From NCBI GenBank assembly GCA_001822075.1, contig MHPK01000006.1:58977-122976 (forward strand): a stretch of DNA of 64,000 nt, given 5' to 3'. Within the stretch, counting starts at the first letter, position 1. Every line of letters starts with the position of its first letter. This DNA is from Candidatus Staskawiczbacteria bacterium RIFOXYB1_FULL_38_37. GTDB taxonomy: Bacteria > Patescibacteriota > Minisyncoccia > Minisyncoccales > Staskawiczbacteraceae. A program made the position numbers and the translations under genes. The notes below the pieces were generated by a model that worked only from the letters and a program-made list of their open reading frames with translations, did not search any database and was not told the origin of the DNA. This document shows, in pieces, positions 16,637 through 25,398 of this stretch.

Positions 16637-17551
16637 TTAAACTTTTAAATACTTTTTTACAACTATTATGCTTGAAATAATGCCAACGGCAATTCCAAAT
16701 CCTAATTGTATTAATACCAAAATCCACAAATTTGTCAAGAAATAATCAAACAAATTAAACCCTGGCATAATAACAGAAATTTTGGGAGACGTTAATAGAA
16801 CCAACGCAAATGAAATTAAGAAGCAGAAAACAAATGCTATAAACCCGTAAATTATTCCCTGGATTATAAATGGCCCGCGAATAAACCAATCAGAAGCTCC
16901 TACAATGCGCATAGTGGTAATTTCCTCTTTTGAATTATCAACTGCCAGCTTTATTGTGTTAAACACAACGGACGCTGCTATTATAATTAAAACAATTCCC
17001 AAAAAAATTCCGAACTTGTTTATGGTGCTTGTTATTTCATAAATTTTTTCAATAGTGTCTTTTTTTTCATAGAAATCAACGTTTTCTATTAAGTCTGAAA
17101 AGCTTGATGTTTGCAATGCATTTGCCACTTGTTCGTACTGCAAAGGGTCGCCATTAGTGGTAATGCTCAAAGACGGCAAAAAGGGATTGCTGCCAACTTG
17201 TTCTATGGCGCGGAATAGAACTTCATCTCCCTGGTGGTTTTCGCTAAAAATTATAAATGCCTGGTCTTGCGAAATATATTCAACTTTTTTAATTTCAGGC
17301 AAAATATTTAAAATTTCTTCTTTTACAATTAGAATATCCTGCTCGGCTGTGCCGTCCTTAAAGTAGGCTGTAATATCAATTTTGTTTTGTATCTCTTCTG
17401 TTAAATAAGAAGCCACTCCCTGAAAAAAGAAAAGCCCTGTCACTAGCAGTATTGTGATAATCAAAATAAATATTGTTGCCACAGAAACTCCTTTGTTTCT
17501 GAAAAAGTCCTGAAATGCAAATTTTGTTGCCCTAGAGATATTTGTAAACAT
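16637..17551 (-). CDS. ftsX: cell division ABC transporter permease FtsX
   Basis: Four TM segments with a large periplasmic loop, located downstream of ftsE. Confidence 0.85.
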   Translation of the reverse strand: MFTNISRATKFAFQDFFRNKGVSVATIFILIITILLVTGLFFFQGVASYLTEEIQNKIDITAYFKDGTAEQDILIVKEEILNILPEIKKVEYISQDQAFIIFSENHQGDEVLFRAIEQVGSNPFLPSLSITTNGDPLQYEQVANALQTSSFSDLIENVDFYEKKDTIEKIYEITSTINKFGIFLGIVLIIIAASVVFNTIKLAVDNSKEEITTMRIVGASDWFIRGPFIIQGIIYGFIAFVFCFLISFALVLLTSPKISVIMPGFNLFDYFLTNLWILVLIQLGFGIAVGIISSIIVVKKYLKV

Positions 17552-17553
17552 GA

Positions 17554-17626
17554 AACATCGTCGAATTACGAATTTCTTGCGAATTTACGAATTCGTATAT
17601 CCGTATTAATTCGTTATTCGTTGATG
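17554..17626. repeat. repeat family C copy 1 (~73-bp MITE-like element with ~17-bp terminal inverted repeats and a central acgaattcgt palindrome) between ftsE and ftsX
   Basis: catcgtcgaattacgaatttcttgcgaatttacgaattcgtatatccgtattaattcgttattcgttgatg. Near-identical copies at 25318-25390 and 40387-40461, a split copy at 18315-18775 and a half copy at 38042-38078. Confidence 0.85.
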
Positions 17627-17630
17627 ATAA

Positions 17631-18311
17631 TTATATTATAAATCTTCCTTCAGCTTCGTCTCTTATAATTCTGCCTCCCACCAAAGTAATAACCCTTTTG
17701 CCTAATTTATTTATTATTTCTCTGTTGTGGGTCAATAAAATTACTGTGGCTCCGGCTTTATTTATTTTTTCTAAAAGATAAATCACTTCATAGGTATTAT
17801 ACGGGTCAAGGTTTCCTGTGGGCTCGTCGGCTATTATTATTTTGGGATGTATAACCAAAGCCCTTGCTATAGCCAGCCTTTGCTGTTCTCCCCCGGAAAG
17901 CTCTTTTGGAAAATTATCTTTTTTATCTTTTAGGCCTATTAAATCTAAAACTTTTTCAACTTCTTTTTTTATTTCACCCTGAGCTGTCCCCTTTACTTCT
18001 AAAACATAAGACACGTTTTCGTATACGGTTTTTGCGGGAAGAAGCTTGTAATCTTGGTAAATGCCCCCGATGCTTCTTCTTATTTTCTGTATTTCTGAGG
18101 CGTCTGCAACCAGCATATTTTTTTCTTTAAAATAAACTTCGCCGTAAGTCGGCTCTTCTAAGCCCAATATAAGCCTTGTCAAAGTTGTTTTGCCAGCTCC
18201 CGACTTTCCAATTATAGAAACAAACTCACCCTCTTTTATTTCAAAAGTTACGTCTTTTAAAACAGCCGTGTTAGAAGGATATATTTTTGTAACTTTATCA
18301 AACTTAATCAT
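17631..18311 (-). CDS. ftsE: cell division ATP-binding protein FtsE
   Basis: GKSGAGKTT Walker A, LSGGEQQRLAIARAL ABC signature, IIADEPTGNLD Walker B. Confidence 0.9.
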   Translation of the reverse strand: MIKFDKVTKIYPSNTAVLKDVTFEIKEGEFVSIIGKSGAGKTTLTRLILGLEEPTYGEVYFKEKNMLVADASEIQKIRRSIGGIYQDYKLLPAKTVYENVSYVLEVKGTAQGEIKKEVEKVLDLIGLKDKKDNFPKELSGGEQQRLAIARALVIHPKIIIADEPTGNLDPYNTYEVIYLLEKINKAGATVILLTHNREIINKLGKRVITLVGGRIIRDEAEGRFII

Positions 18312-18314
18312 ATA

Positions 18315-18775
18315 ACATCAGCGAATTACGAATTAATACGAATTTACGAATTTAAATTAACTATTCTTTTCGAAATAACTCCTTTATTTGTAAAATTTAT
18401 TAAAATGGCTAATTTGAGATTTTCGGTTTTCAAATAATTAATAACTTGATCTATATGTCTTTTCGAAAATATGTTTCCTTTTTTTAATTCTACAATTATA
18501 TTATCATCCACTAAAAAATCTAAATATTGTTTTCCAATTATCTTGCCCTTATATTTTAAATCACAAACTTTCTGTTCTAAAAAATTTAAGCCGCTCTGTT
18601 TAAAAGATTCTGCCAATGCTCTTTGATAATATTTCTCATGGTATCCGGGTCCTATCTCGTTATATACATCAAACGCACAGCCCATAATCGCATAACTTAT
18701 ATCAGGATATAAAATGTCTTTTTTTCTTATTTTTTTATATTCGTACATTCGTAAAAAATTCGCTATTCGTTGATG
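18315..18775. mobile_element. family C element containing a GxxExxY (PD-(D/E)XK) gene: candidate autonomous version of the 73-bp repeat
   Basis: Left half catcagcgaattacgaattaatacgaatttacgaattt (18315-18356) and right half attcgtacattcgtaaaaaattcgctattcgttgatg (18738-18775) flank ORF 18344..18748. Both its start and stop codons lie inside repeat sequence. Confidence 0.6.
18344..18748 (-). CDS. GxxExxY-family protein (PD-(D/E)XK nuclease-like, PDDEXK_3-type)
   Basis: GPGYHEKYYQRALAESF...DFLVDDNIIVELKKG...LKLAILINF. Paralog of 48329..48748. Confidence 0.65.
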   Translation of the reverse strand: MYEYKKIRKKDILYPDISYAIMGCAFDVYNEIGPGYHEKYYQRALAESFKQSGLNFLEQKVCDLKYKGKIIGKQYLDFLVDDNIIVELKKGNIFSKRHIDQVINYLKTENLKLAILINFTNKGVISKRIVNLNS

Positions 18776-19855
18776 TTTTTTAGTTCTGCTTGTATAAATT
18801 CTTCTAAGTGGCCGTCTAAAACGTTTTCTGTATCAGATGTTTCATATTGGGTTCTCAAATCTTTTACCATTTTATACGGGTGCAAAACATAAGACCTTAT
18901 TTGGTTGCCCCAGCTTGCTGAAATTGCCTCGCCCTTGATTTCTTTTAATTCTTTTTCTTTTTTTTCTTCTTCTAACTGGTAAAGTTTTGCCTGCAGTATT
19001 TTCATTGCCTTGTCTTTGTTTTTGCCTTGCAGTCTTTCTGCCTGCGAAGAAACAACAATGCCTGTTGGCATATGGGTTATTCTTATAGCAGACTCTGTTT
19101 TATTTACATACTGGCCCCCGGGGCCCGAAGCCCTAAATGTATCAATTTTCAAATCCTCTGGCTTTACCCCGTTAGAGACATCGTCTCTAACGGGGTTTAT
19201 TTCGGGCAATACGTTGACTAAAACAAAAGAAGTGTGGCGGAGCTTCTGGGCTGAAAAAGGAGAAATTCTGACTAATCTGTGCACGCCGGTTTCCTTTTTC
19301 AAAAATCCGTAGGCAAATTTTCCTTTTATCTCTAATGCCAAAGATTTAGTTCCAATTCTTCCTTCTGGCCCCCCTGCATCTCCAAATGACTGATGTAAAA
19401 TTTCTGTTTTGAATCCCTTTTTTTGGCAATATCTTTCGTACATTCGCAAGAGCATTGTTGCCCAATCTTGCGCATCCTGCCCCCCTGCCCCGGAGAATAT
19501 TTCCAGTATGGCGTTATTTTTATCGTATTTTCCTGAAAGAAAAATTTTAAACTCTTGCTTTTCTATTTCTTTCATCGCCTCGCCATAGCCTTTGGCGAAG
19601 GCGGGTTCATCATTTTCTTCCTGCAAAATTTCCAAATCCTCCTCAATCTTTTTTAAACTTTCTGTTTCTTGTTTTAATTCTGAAATTTCCTGCTGGACTT
19701 TACCAGCCTTTTCAGCATTTTGCCAAAAATCAGGCTTTAATGATTCTGCTTCAAGTTTGTTTAAATTTTTTTTCTTTTCTTTTACGTCAAAGGCGCTCCA
19801 CCAAATGATGGAGCCTTTTTTTTAATTCTTCAATTTTATTGATATTATCTGCCAT
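18763..19855 (-). CDS. prfB: peptide chain release factor 2, expressed via programmed +1 frameshift
   Basis: Frame 0 reads MADNINKIEELKKRLHHLVERL then TGA at the CTT TGA C site (19792-19786). The +1 frame continues DVKEKKKNLNKL... into the track ORF, which carries the SPF and GGQ motifs. Total 363 aa. Confidence 0.9.
19786..19792 (-). promoter_or_regulatory. RF2 autoregulatory +1 frameshift site CUU UGA C with upstream SD-like GGUGGAG
   Basis: Minus strand: ggtggagcgcctttgacg. This is the canonical prfB recoding site. Confidence 0.85.
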
Positions 19856-19888
19856 GTTTATTTTAACTTATCATATTTTAACAAAATA

Positions 19889-19912
19889 AAAAAGAGGCCT
19901 TGCCTCTTGTTT
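19889..19912 (-). terminator. intrinsic terminator after tRNA-Thr
   Basis: Minus strand: aagaggcaaggcctctt hairpin followed by ttttattt. Confidence 0.6.
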
Positions 19913-19915
19913 ATG

Positions 19916-19987
19916 AGCCGGAGGTGGGATTCGAACCCACGGTCTATCGCTTACGAAGCGATTGCTTTGCCGCTAAGCTACTCCGGC
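19916..19987 (-). tRNA. tRNA-Thr (anticodon CGT)
   Basis: Acceptor GCCGGAG/CTCCGGC, D GCTT/AAGC, anticodon stem ATCGC/GCGAT with loop TTCGTAA, T-arm GTGGG-TTCGAAT-CCCAC. Confidence 0.85.
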
Positions 19988-19994
19988 GCGCTTG

Positions 19995-20068
19995 TGGAGC
20001 GGGTAACGGGAATCGAACCCGTGTCATGTCCTTGGGAAGGACAAGTTCTACCATTGAACCATACCCGC
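19995..20068 (-). tRNA. tRNA-Gly (anticodon CCC), 3' CCA encoded
   Basis: Acceptor GCGGGTA/TACCCGC, D GTTC/GAAC, anticodon stem TGTCC/GGACA with loop TTCCCAA, T-arm ACGGG-TTCGATT-CCCGT, then TCCA. Confidence 0.85.
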
Positions 20069-20087
20069 GCTTATATAATAATATATC

Positions 20088-20507
20088 CTAAAATATACTT
20101 TTAATCCAGTTCCATGACTGGCCTATCCACCCAAACCAAAAATTAGAATTCCAAACATTTTCTTTTGCGGGCTGTTCTTTTTGCTCAGAATTTTGCTCTA
20201 CAAAAGACACTACTTTTTCTCCGGGCTTTTGCATATCAGATTCCTCTCTGGCAATTTTTTCAACATAATCTGGATTATCGGAATTGGCTATTTCTTCTTT
20301 TAAAGTTTCGTTTCTGTTTTTAAGTTCTTGAATCTGATTATCATAGTTGTTAATTTGCCAGGCAAGTTCGCGCTTTTTTTTAAACATTTGGAAATTGGCA
20401 AAAATTAAAACAATAGCTGTAATCAAAAGCAAAACTCCTGCAATTTTCAAAAACAAATCTTCTGCGGAAAAACTGCTCTTTTGTTTTTTATTAAATTTTG
20501 ATACCAT
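20088..20507 (-). CDS. septum-formation initiator-like (FtsB/DivIC-type) membrane coiled-coil protein
   Basis: Single N-terminal TM helix followed by a coiled coil (NQIQELKNRNETLKEEIANS). Family assignment tentative. Confidence 0.4.
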   Translation of the reverse strand: MVSKFNKKQKSSFSAEDLFLKIAGVLLLITAIVLIFANFQMFKKKRELAWQINNYDNQIQELKNRNETLKEEIANSDNPDYVEKIAREESDMQKPGEKVVSFVEQNSEQKEQPAKENVWNSNFWFGWIGQSWNWIKSIF

Positions 20508-20605
20508 AAACTATTATGAAGAAGAAAAAAGTTTTCAAAATTATCTGGACTATTCTAATAAGCTTGGTGGCCATAAGCACCATCTTATTTTTAGTAGCTC
20601 CTATG

Positions 20606-21148
20606 CTATGAGATGCCAATGGTATTGATGGCTGACTCGTAAACGTTTAATATTCTTTTTGCCTGTTCCAAATTTAGTTTATAGTCTGGATTGTAAACTA
20701 TGGAATTTCTTAATTCGCGCGCCCTCAAAATATCATTTAAAATTGGAGAAATCAGGCGCCCTGCCTTTTTAACAGACTCTTCAAAAGTTTTTTCTTCGAA
20801 TCCGGCATCCTCTAAAACTTCGTTTAGAAAATCATCTGCCTCTATGATGGCTAATTTTAATTCTGCTTCAGAGCCAAGTTCAATCCTTTTTTTAATCTTG
20901 CCCCAGCGCCTTGTAATCTGCCTCAACCCATAAGACTGCCACGAAAAAAATTCTGTAACATCCTCTAAAAATTTATACTGCAGCCAGCTGCTGTTTAACG
21001 TAAAATAAACAACGCCCACAAGAAAAAACATCGAAAAAACAATAAAAACCAGCTTTACAGGAAAAAGCATGTCTTGTATTTGGGGAGAAGATATAAAATA
21101 AATAAAATCTCTAATTCCGAGCAAATTGTATAATTGTTCCCAGTTCAC
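20606..21148 (-). CDS. hypothetical membrane protein
   Basis: 180 aa with an N-terminal TM helix and no recognised motif. Confidence 0.3.
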   Translation of the reverse strand: MNWEQLYNLLGIRDFIYFISSPQIQDMLFPVKLVFIVFSMFFLVGVVYFTLNSSWLQYKFLEDVTEFFSWQSYGLRQITRRWGKIKKRIELGSEAELKLAIIEADDFLNEVLEDAGFEEKTFEESVKKAGRLISPILNDILRARELRNSIVYNPDYKLNLEQAKRILNVYESAINTIGIS

Positions 21149-21151
21149 TGA

Positions 21152-21250
21152 TTATAATGCAAATCTACAAATCTTATGCTAATGAATGCGAAAATGCGAA
21201 TTCGCATTTTTGTAGATTAGCATACCATTCGCATTATTTGCATTTTTGTA
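21152..21250. repeat. repeat family B, intact empty copy (~100-bp imperfect palindrome)
   Basis: ttataatgcaaatctacaaatcttatgctaatgaatgcgaaaatgcgaattcgcatttttgtagattagcataccattcgcattatttgcatttttgtaattataa. Its two halves reappear at 48276-48323 and 48725-48772 split by a GxxExxY gene. Confidence 0.85.
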
Positions 21251-21251
21251 A

Positions 21252-22667
21252 TTATAACACATTTTCCAACTCTTGAGCTATAGCCAGTATCTTATTTTCT
21301 TCAAAATGGTTTCCTATTATTTGAAGCCCTACGGGTAAGCCTCCAACATTTCCTGCAGGAAGAGACAACCCTGGCAGGCCGGCTAATTTTACGCCACAAG
21401 TGTAAATGTCAACCAAATACATAGAAAGCGGGTTGTCTGCCTTCTCTCCTATTTTAAATGCAGGGAAAGGCGCTACCGGACAAAATATCAAATCAATTTT
21501 TTCAAAAGCCTTTGTAAAATCCTGCTTTACAAGCTTGCGGACTTCTTGGGCTTTTTTATAATAAGCATCGTAATACCCAAACGACAAGCTATGAGTCCCA
21601 AGCATAATTCTTCTTTTGGGCTCCAAACCAAAACCTTCTCCCCTGCTTTTGTAATACACTTGCATTAAAGTTTTCTGCGACTGGTCTGAATATCCATATT
21701 TTATCCCGTCAAACCTTGCTAAATTTGAAGAGGCTTCTGATGGAACAATAATATAATAGCAGGCAATGCAATATTTTGTGTTAGGCAGAGAAATTTCCTC
21801 GATTTCGGCTCCCGCCTGCTCTGCTTTTTTAATTGCATTTTTTATTATTTTTTCAACTTCTTTGTCTAAACCCTCTGCAAAATATTCTTTGGGCACGCCT
21901 ATGCGTGAATTTCGAATTTCGAATTTCGAATTTTGAATTTCCGACTCGACAGATGTCGCATCCTTTTTATCTTTGCCCTTTATAACATTAAAAACTATTT
22001 TGCAGTCCTCCACGTTCTTTGTCATAGGGCCAATTTGGTCTAATGACGAAGCGTGCGCAATAAGGCCATACCTTGAAACAGACCCGTATGTTGGATTTAA
22101 CCCCACTATTCCGCAGAAGGACGCTGGCAAACGAATTGAGCCTCCGGTATCTGACCCCAGAGAAAAACAAGCTTCTTTTGCAGCAACGGCAGCAGCCGAG
22201 CCCCCAGAGCTTCCGCCAGCAACGCGCGTTTTATCGTGCGGATTTTTTACAACCCCAAAAGCTGAATTTTCTGTAGAAGCCCCCATTGTAAATTCATCGG
22301 TGTTTGTTTTTCCTAAAATAACGCTCCCCTCCTTTTTTAGCTTTTTTGTTACGGTAGCGTCATACACTGCCGTGTAATTTTTTAAAATTTTAGAAGCTGC
22401 TGTGCATTTTTGCCCCTCAACTAAAATTGCGTCTTTAATAGCGCACGGAATTCCTGTTAATTCTGAAAAATTTCCTGAAGCAATTTTTTTATCAGCAAGC
22501 TCGGCATCTGACAAAGCAGATTCCTCTGCCACAGACAAATAAGCGTTTAAATCTTTGTCTGTTTGTTTAATCTTTTTTAGATAAGCTAAAGCAAGCTCTC
22601 TTGCGGAAAATTCTTTTTTTTTAAATCCTTGGTGCGCCTGTTTAATTGTCAAATCTGTTAAGTCCAT
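21252..22667 (-). CDS. gatA: Asp/Glu-tRNA amidotransferase subunit A
   Basis: Amidase signature GGSSGGSAAAVAA and catalytic Ser region, with gatC immediately upstream. Confidence 0.9.
   Translation of the reverse strand: MDLTDLTIKQAHQGFKKKEFSARELALAYLKKIKQTDKDLNAYLSVAEESALSDAELADKKIASGNFSELTGIPCAIKDAILVEGQKCTAASKILKNYTAVYDATVTKKLKKEGSVILGKTNTDEFTMGASTENSAFGVVKNPHDKTRVAGGSSGGSAAAVAAKEACFSLGSDTGGSIRLPASFCGIVGLNPTYGSVSRYGLIAHASSLDQIGPMTKNVEDCKIVFNVIKGKDKKDATSVESEIQNSKFEIRNSRIGVPKEYFAEGLDKEVEKIIKNAIKKAEQAGAEIEEISLPNTKYCIACYYIIVPSEASSNLARFDGIKYGYSDQSQKTLMQVYYKSRGEGFGLEPKRRIMLGTHSLSFGYYDAYYKKAQEVRKLVKQDFTKAFEKIDLIFCPVAPFPAFKIGEKADNPLSMYLVDIYTCGVKLAGLPGLSLPAGNVGGLPVGLQIIGNHFEENKILAIAQELENVL
21907..21941. 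repeat. 5 x 7-nt tandem heptad (gaatttc/gaatttt) inside gatA, in frame (encodes EIQNSKFEIRNS)
   Basis: gaatttcgaatttcgaatttcgaattttgaatttc. Same ATTCNAA heptad family as the array in eno. Confidence 0.8.
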
Positions 22668-22669
22668 AA

Positions 22670-22954
22670 CTAAAGTATTGCTTTAACCTTTATATAATCA
22701 TCTTTTTTATCTGGAGCTGACCCGATAATTTCATCTGACAGCTGGCAGCGCTCTGCCTCGTCTTTTCGCAAGTTTTGGGCTTGCCCTCCTAAATTTTGTT
22801 TCTGCAAAATTTTGGAGGGCAAAGGAGCTGATTTTAACAAATCAAAATAATCTAAAATAGCAGACAAGTCTTTCTGCATTTTTTCTATTTCATTTTCTGT
22901 AAGTTCCAAACGGGCGAGCTTTGCTATATGCTCAACTTCTTTTTTGCTTATCAT
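22670..22954 (-). CDS. gatC: Asp/Glu-tRNA amidotransferase subunit C
   Basis: 94 aa, LARLELTENEIEKMQKDLSAILDYFDLL, typical GatC. Confidence 0.85.
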   Translation of the reverse strand: MISKKEVEHIAKLARLELTENEIEKMQKDLSAILDYFDLLKSAPLPSKILQKQNLGGQAQNLRKDEAERCQLSDEIIGSAPDKKDDYIKVKAIL

Positions 22955-22982
22955 AATTTGCAGGCACTAATTAAATTATTTA

Positions 22983-24047
22983 TCACACTGGCACAGCGTC
23001 TTCTTCATCTTTTGACATAACTTCTGAAAGGCTTTGAATGTTTTCTAAAGCCAAGCCAGCCCCCCTTACAACAGAAGTCAAAGGGTCGTCAATTATTCTG
23101 CATGGAACTTTTGTTTCTCTGGCAATTAAAACATCAAGCCCTTTGAGCAAAGACCCGCCTCCTGCCAAATAAATCCCGTTTGACATTACGTCAGCTAACA
23201 ATTCAGGAGGAGTTTCTTCAATTGTTGTTTTTATGGCTCCCACAATCGTTTTAACAGACCTGTCCAGCGCCCTTTGAATGTCATCATTAAAAACAACAAC
23301 TTCTTCCGGAAGCCCTGTCACCAAATTCCTTCCGCGCATTGCCATTTCTTTTTTTTCTTTCATCGGCAAAGCAGACCCAATATTTATTTTTATCAATTCA
23401 GCGGTTCTTTCGCCTATCAAAAGCTTATATTCTTTTTGGGCAAATTGCACAATATCATCATTCAGTTTGTCCCCGGCAATCCTTAAGCTCCTGGAGGCAA
23501 CTATGCCTCCCAAAGAAATTACAGCCACTTCTGTTGTCCCTCCCCCAATATCAACTATGAAATTTCCTCCCGGATCCTGTATGGGAAGCTTTGCCCCGAT
23601 AGCTGAAGCCAGCGGCTCTTCAATTAAAAAAACATTTCTTGCGCCTGCGTTTTTTGCCGCATCCCTCACTGCTTTCCTTTCAACCTCTGTGACTCCGCAG
23701 GGAATGCCGATAATAACTCTTGGCAAGTATCCGAATCCAAATAGTTTTTTTGACGTGGCAGCTGACTTTTCAATAAAATACTTTAACATCTGTTCTGTAA
23801 TTTCAAAATCTGAAATAACTCCGTTAACCAGGGGCCTTGTAGCTGATATGTAAGCTGGAGTGCGCCCCACCATTTTTCTTGCCTCTTCTCCTATAGCTAA
23901 AATCTGGCCGGTTTTGTTGTTCACGGCAACCACGGAAGGTTCGTTTATGATGATTCCCCTGTCTTTCACATAAACCAATGAGTTGGCAGTTCCCAAATCA
24001 ATTGCCATATCCATTGATAAAAAAGAAAAAGGATTTTTTATTTTCAT
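22983..24047 (-). CDS. mreB: rod-shape determining actin homolog MreB
   Basis: DLGTANSLVYV phosphate-1 motif and an actin-fold ATPase signature throughout. Confidence 0.85.
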   Translation of the reverse strand: MKIKNPFSFLSMDMAIDLGTANSLVYVKDRGIIINEPSVVAVNNKTGQILAIGEEARKMVGRTPAYISATRPLVNGVISDFEITEQMLKYFIEKSAATSKKLFGFGYLPRVIIGIPCGVTEVERKAVRDAAKNAGARNVFLIEEPLASAIGAKLPIQDPGGNFIVDIGGGTTEVAVISLGGIVASRSLRIAGDKLNDDIVQFAQKEYKLLIGERTAELIKINIGSALPMKEKKEMAMRGRNLVTGLPEEVVVFNDDIQRALDRSVKTIVGAIKTTIEETPPELLADVMSNGIYLAGGGSLLKGLDVLIARETKVPCRIIDDPLTSVVRGAGLALENIQSLSEVMSKDEEDAVPV

Positions 24048-25315
24048 TTATTTATTGTTTTTTCTATGCTATTAATTTTAACAAGCTTAAGCTGTTTTTT
24101 ATTCCTTTCTTTAATTTCAACAGAGTTGCTTTTTCGGGTATTTTCAGACACTACAATCCTGTAAGGTATGCCTATTAAATCGGCTTCCGCAAACTTTTCT
24201 CCCGCTGTTTTGTCTTGCCTATCGTCGTATAATATCTCAATATTTTTCTTTTGTAAATCTGTGTATAACTTTTTGGCAATTTTATTTATTTTTGGGGCAT
24301 TTCCAAGCTGAATCAAGTGAACCAAAAACGGAGCCACTGATTTTGGCCAAATAAGTCCCTTTTCATCGTAATTTATTTCAGCTACAGCCCCCATAAGCCT
24401 GCCCAGCCCAATGCCAAAGCACCCCATTATAACCGGCTTTTCTGAACCGTCTTTGTCTTTGAATTTTAAATCAAACGGCAAAGAATATTTATTCCCCAGT
24501 TTAAAAATATTTCCAACTTCAACTGCTTTCTTTTCGTCAAAATCAGCGCCGCCGCATTTTGGACATTTAGAATGCTCGTTTTTTATCTCTTTGTTAATCG
24601 CTAATTTACACTTTTTACAAACGTAAATTATATCTTCTCCTACGTCAGTTATTGTTTGAAACTCGTCTGAATATTTTGAAAAACTTCCGCCAGACGCCAA
24701 AGTCTGGTGCGTATTTTTACCAATTCCGCATTCGCTAAAAATATTTAAATAAACTTTTATCAATTTGTCATAATATTTATCTAAATCCTCCTGAGTTGCG
24801 TGAAAAGAATACATGTCTTTCATTAAAAATTCTCTTGTTCTTAAAATTCCCGATTTTGCCCTTAGCTCATCGCGGAATTTTGTTTGTATTTGAAAAACAG
24901 ATAAAGGCAAATCTCTATAAGAAAAAATAATTTTTTTAGCCAAAGGAGAAACAACTTCTTCATGCGTGGGGCCCAAAGCATATTCTTTGTCACCAGAACC
25001 ATTCACCTTAAAAAGAATGTCTAAACTTTGCCACCTGCCGGTTTTTTGCCAGTTTTCTTTTGGCTGCAAAACAGGCATTAAAATTTCCTGGCTGGAGACT
25101 GGAGCTGACTCCATGTTTTTTCTTATTATGTTTTCAATTTTCTGCAAAACTTTAAATCCTAAAGGCAAAAAAGTGTAAACCCCTGCCATAAGCTGGTCTA
25201 AAAATCCAGCCCTTACAAGCAATTCATTCGAAATTGCCTGACCCTCGCCCGTCAAAATGCGCGAAGCGCTTTTGTCGGGTTTTTCTGTTTTATAAAATAA
25301 TTTTGACTGCAACAT
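24044..25315 (-). CDS. proS: prolyl-tRNA synthetase (short form without editing insertion; C-terminal CxxC zinc motif)
   Basis: Class II motif 2 with the ProRS-specific QIQTKFRDELRAKSGILRTREFLMKDMYSF. Confidence 0.8.
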   Translation of the reverse strand: MLQSKLFYKTEKPDKSASRILTGEGQAISNELLVRAGFLDQLMAGVYTFLPLGFKVLQKIENIIRKNMESAPVSSQEILMPVLQPKENWQKTGRWQSLDILFKVNGSGDKEYALGPTHEEVVSPLAKKIIFSYRDLPLSVFQIQTKFRDELRAKSGILRTREFLMKDMYSFHATQEDLDKYYDKLIKVYLNIFSECGIGKNTHQTLASGGSFSKYSDEFQTITDVGEDIIYVCKKCKLAINKEIKNEHSKCPKCGGADFDEKKAVEVGNIFKLGNKYSLPFDLKFKDKDGSEKPVIMGCFGIGLGRLMGAVAEINYDEKGLIWPKSVAPFLVHLIQLGNAPKINKIAKKLYTDLQKKNIEILYDDRQDKTAGEKFAEADLIGIPYRIVVSENTRKSNSVEIKERNKKQLKLVKINSIEKTINK

Positions 25316-25317
25316 AA

Positions 25318-25390
25318 GACATCGTCGAATTACGAATTTTGTACGAATTTACGAATTCGTATATTCGCAGCAAATTCGTTATTCGTTGAT
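25318..25390. repeat. repeat family C copy 3 (between proS start and rseP stop)
   Basis: gacatcgtcgaattacgaattttgtacgaatttacgaattcgtatattcgcagcaaattcgttattcgttgatg. Confidence 0.85.
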
Positions 25391-25398
25391 GATTACTA

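Noticed and set aside
19900-20104. Track ORFs 19900..20091(+) and 19907..20104(+)
   Set aside because: They are translations of the antisense strand of the tRNA-Thr/tRNA-Gly genes (ESTGIEPVS-type artefacts).
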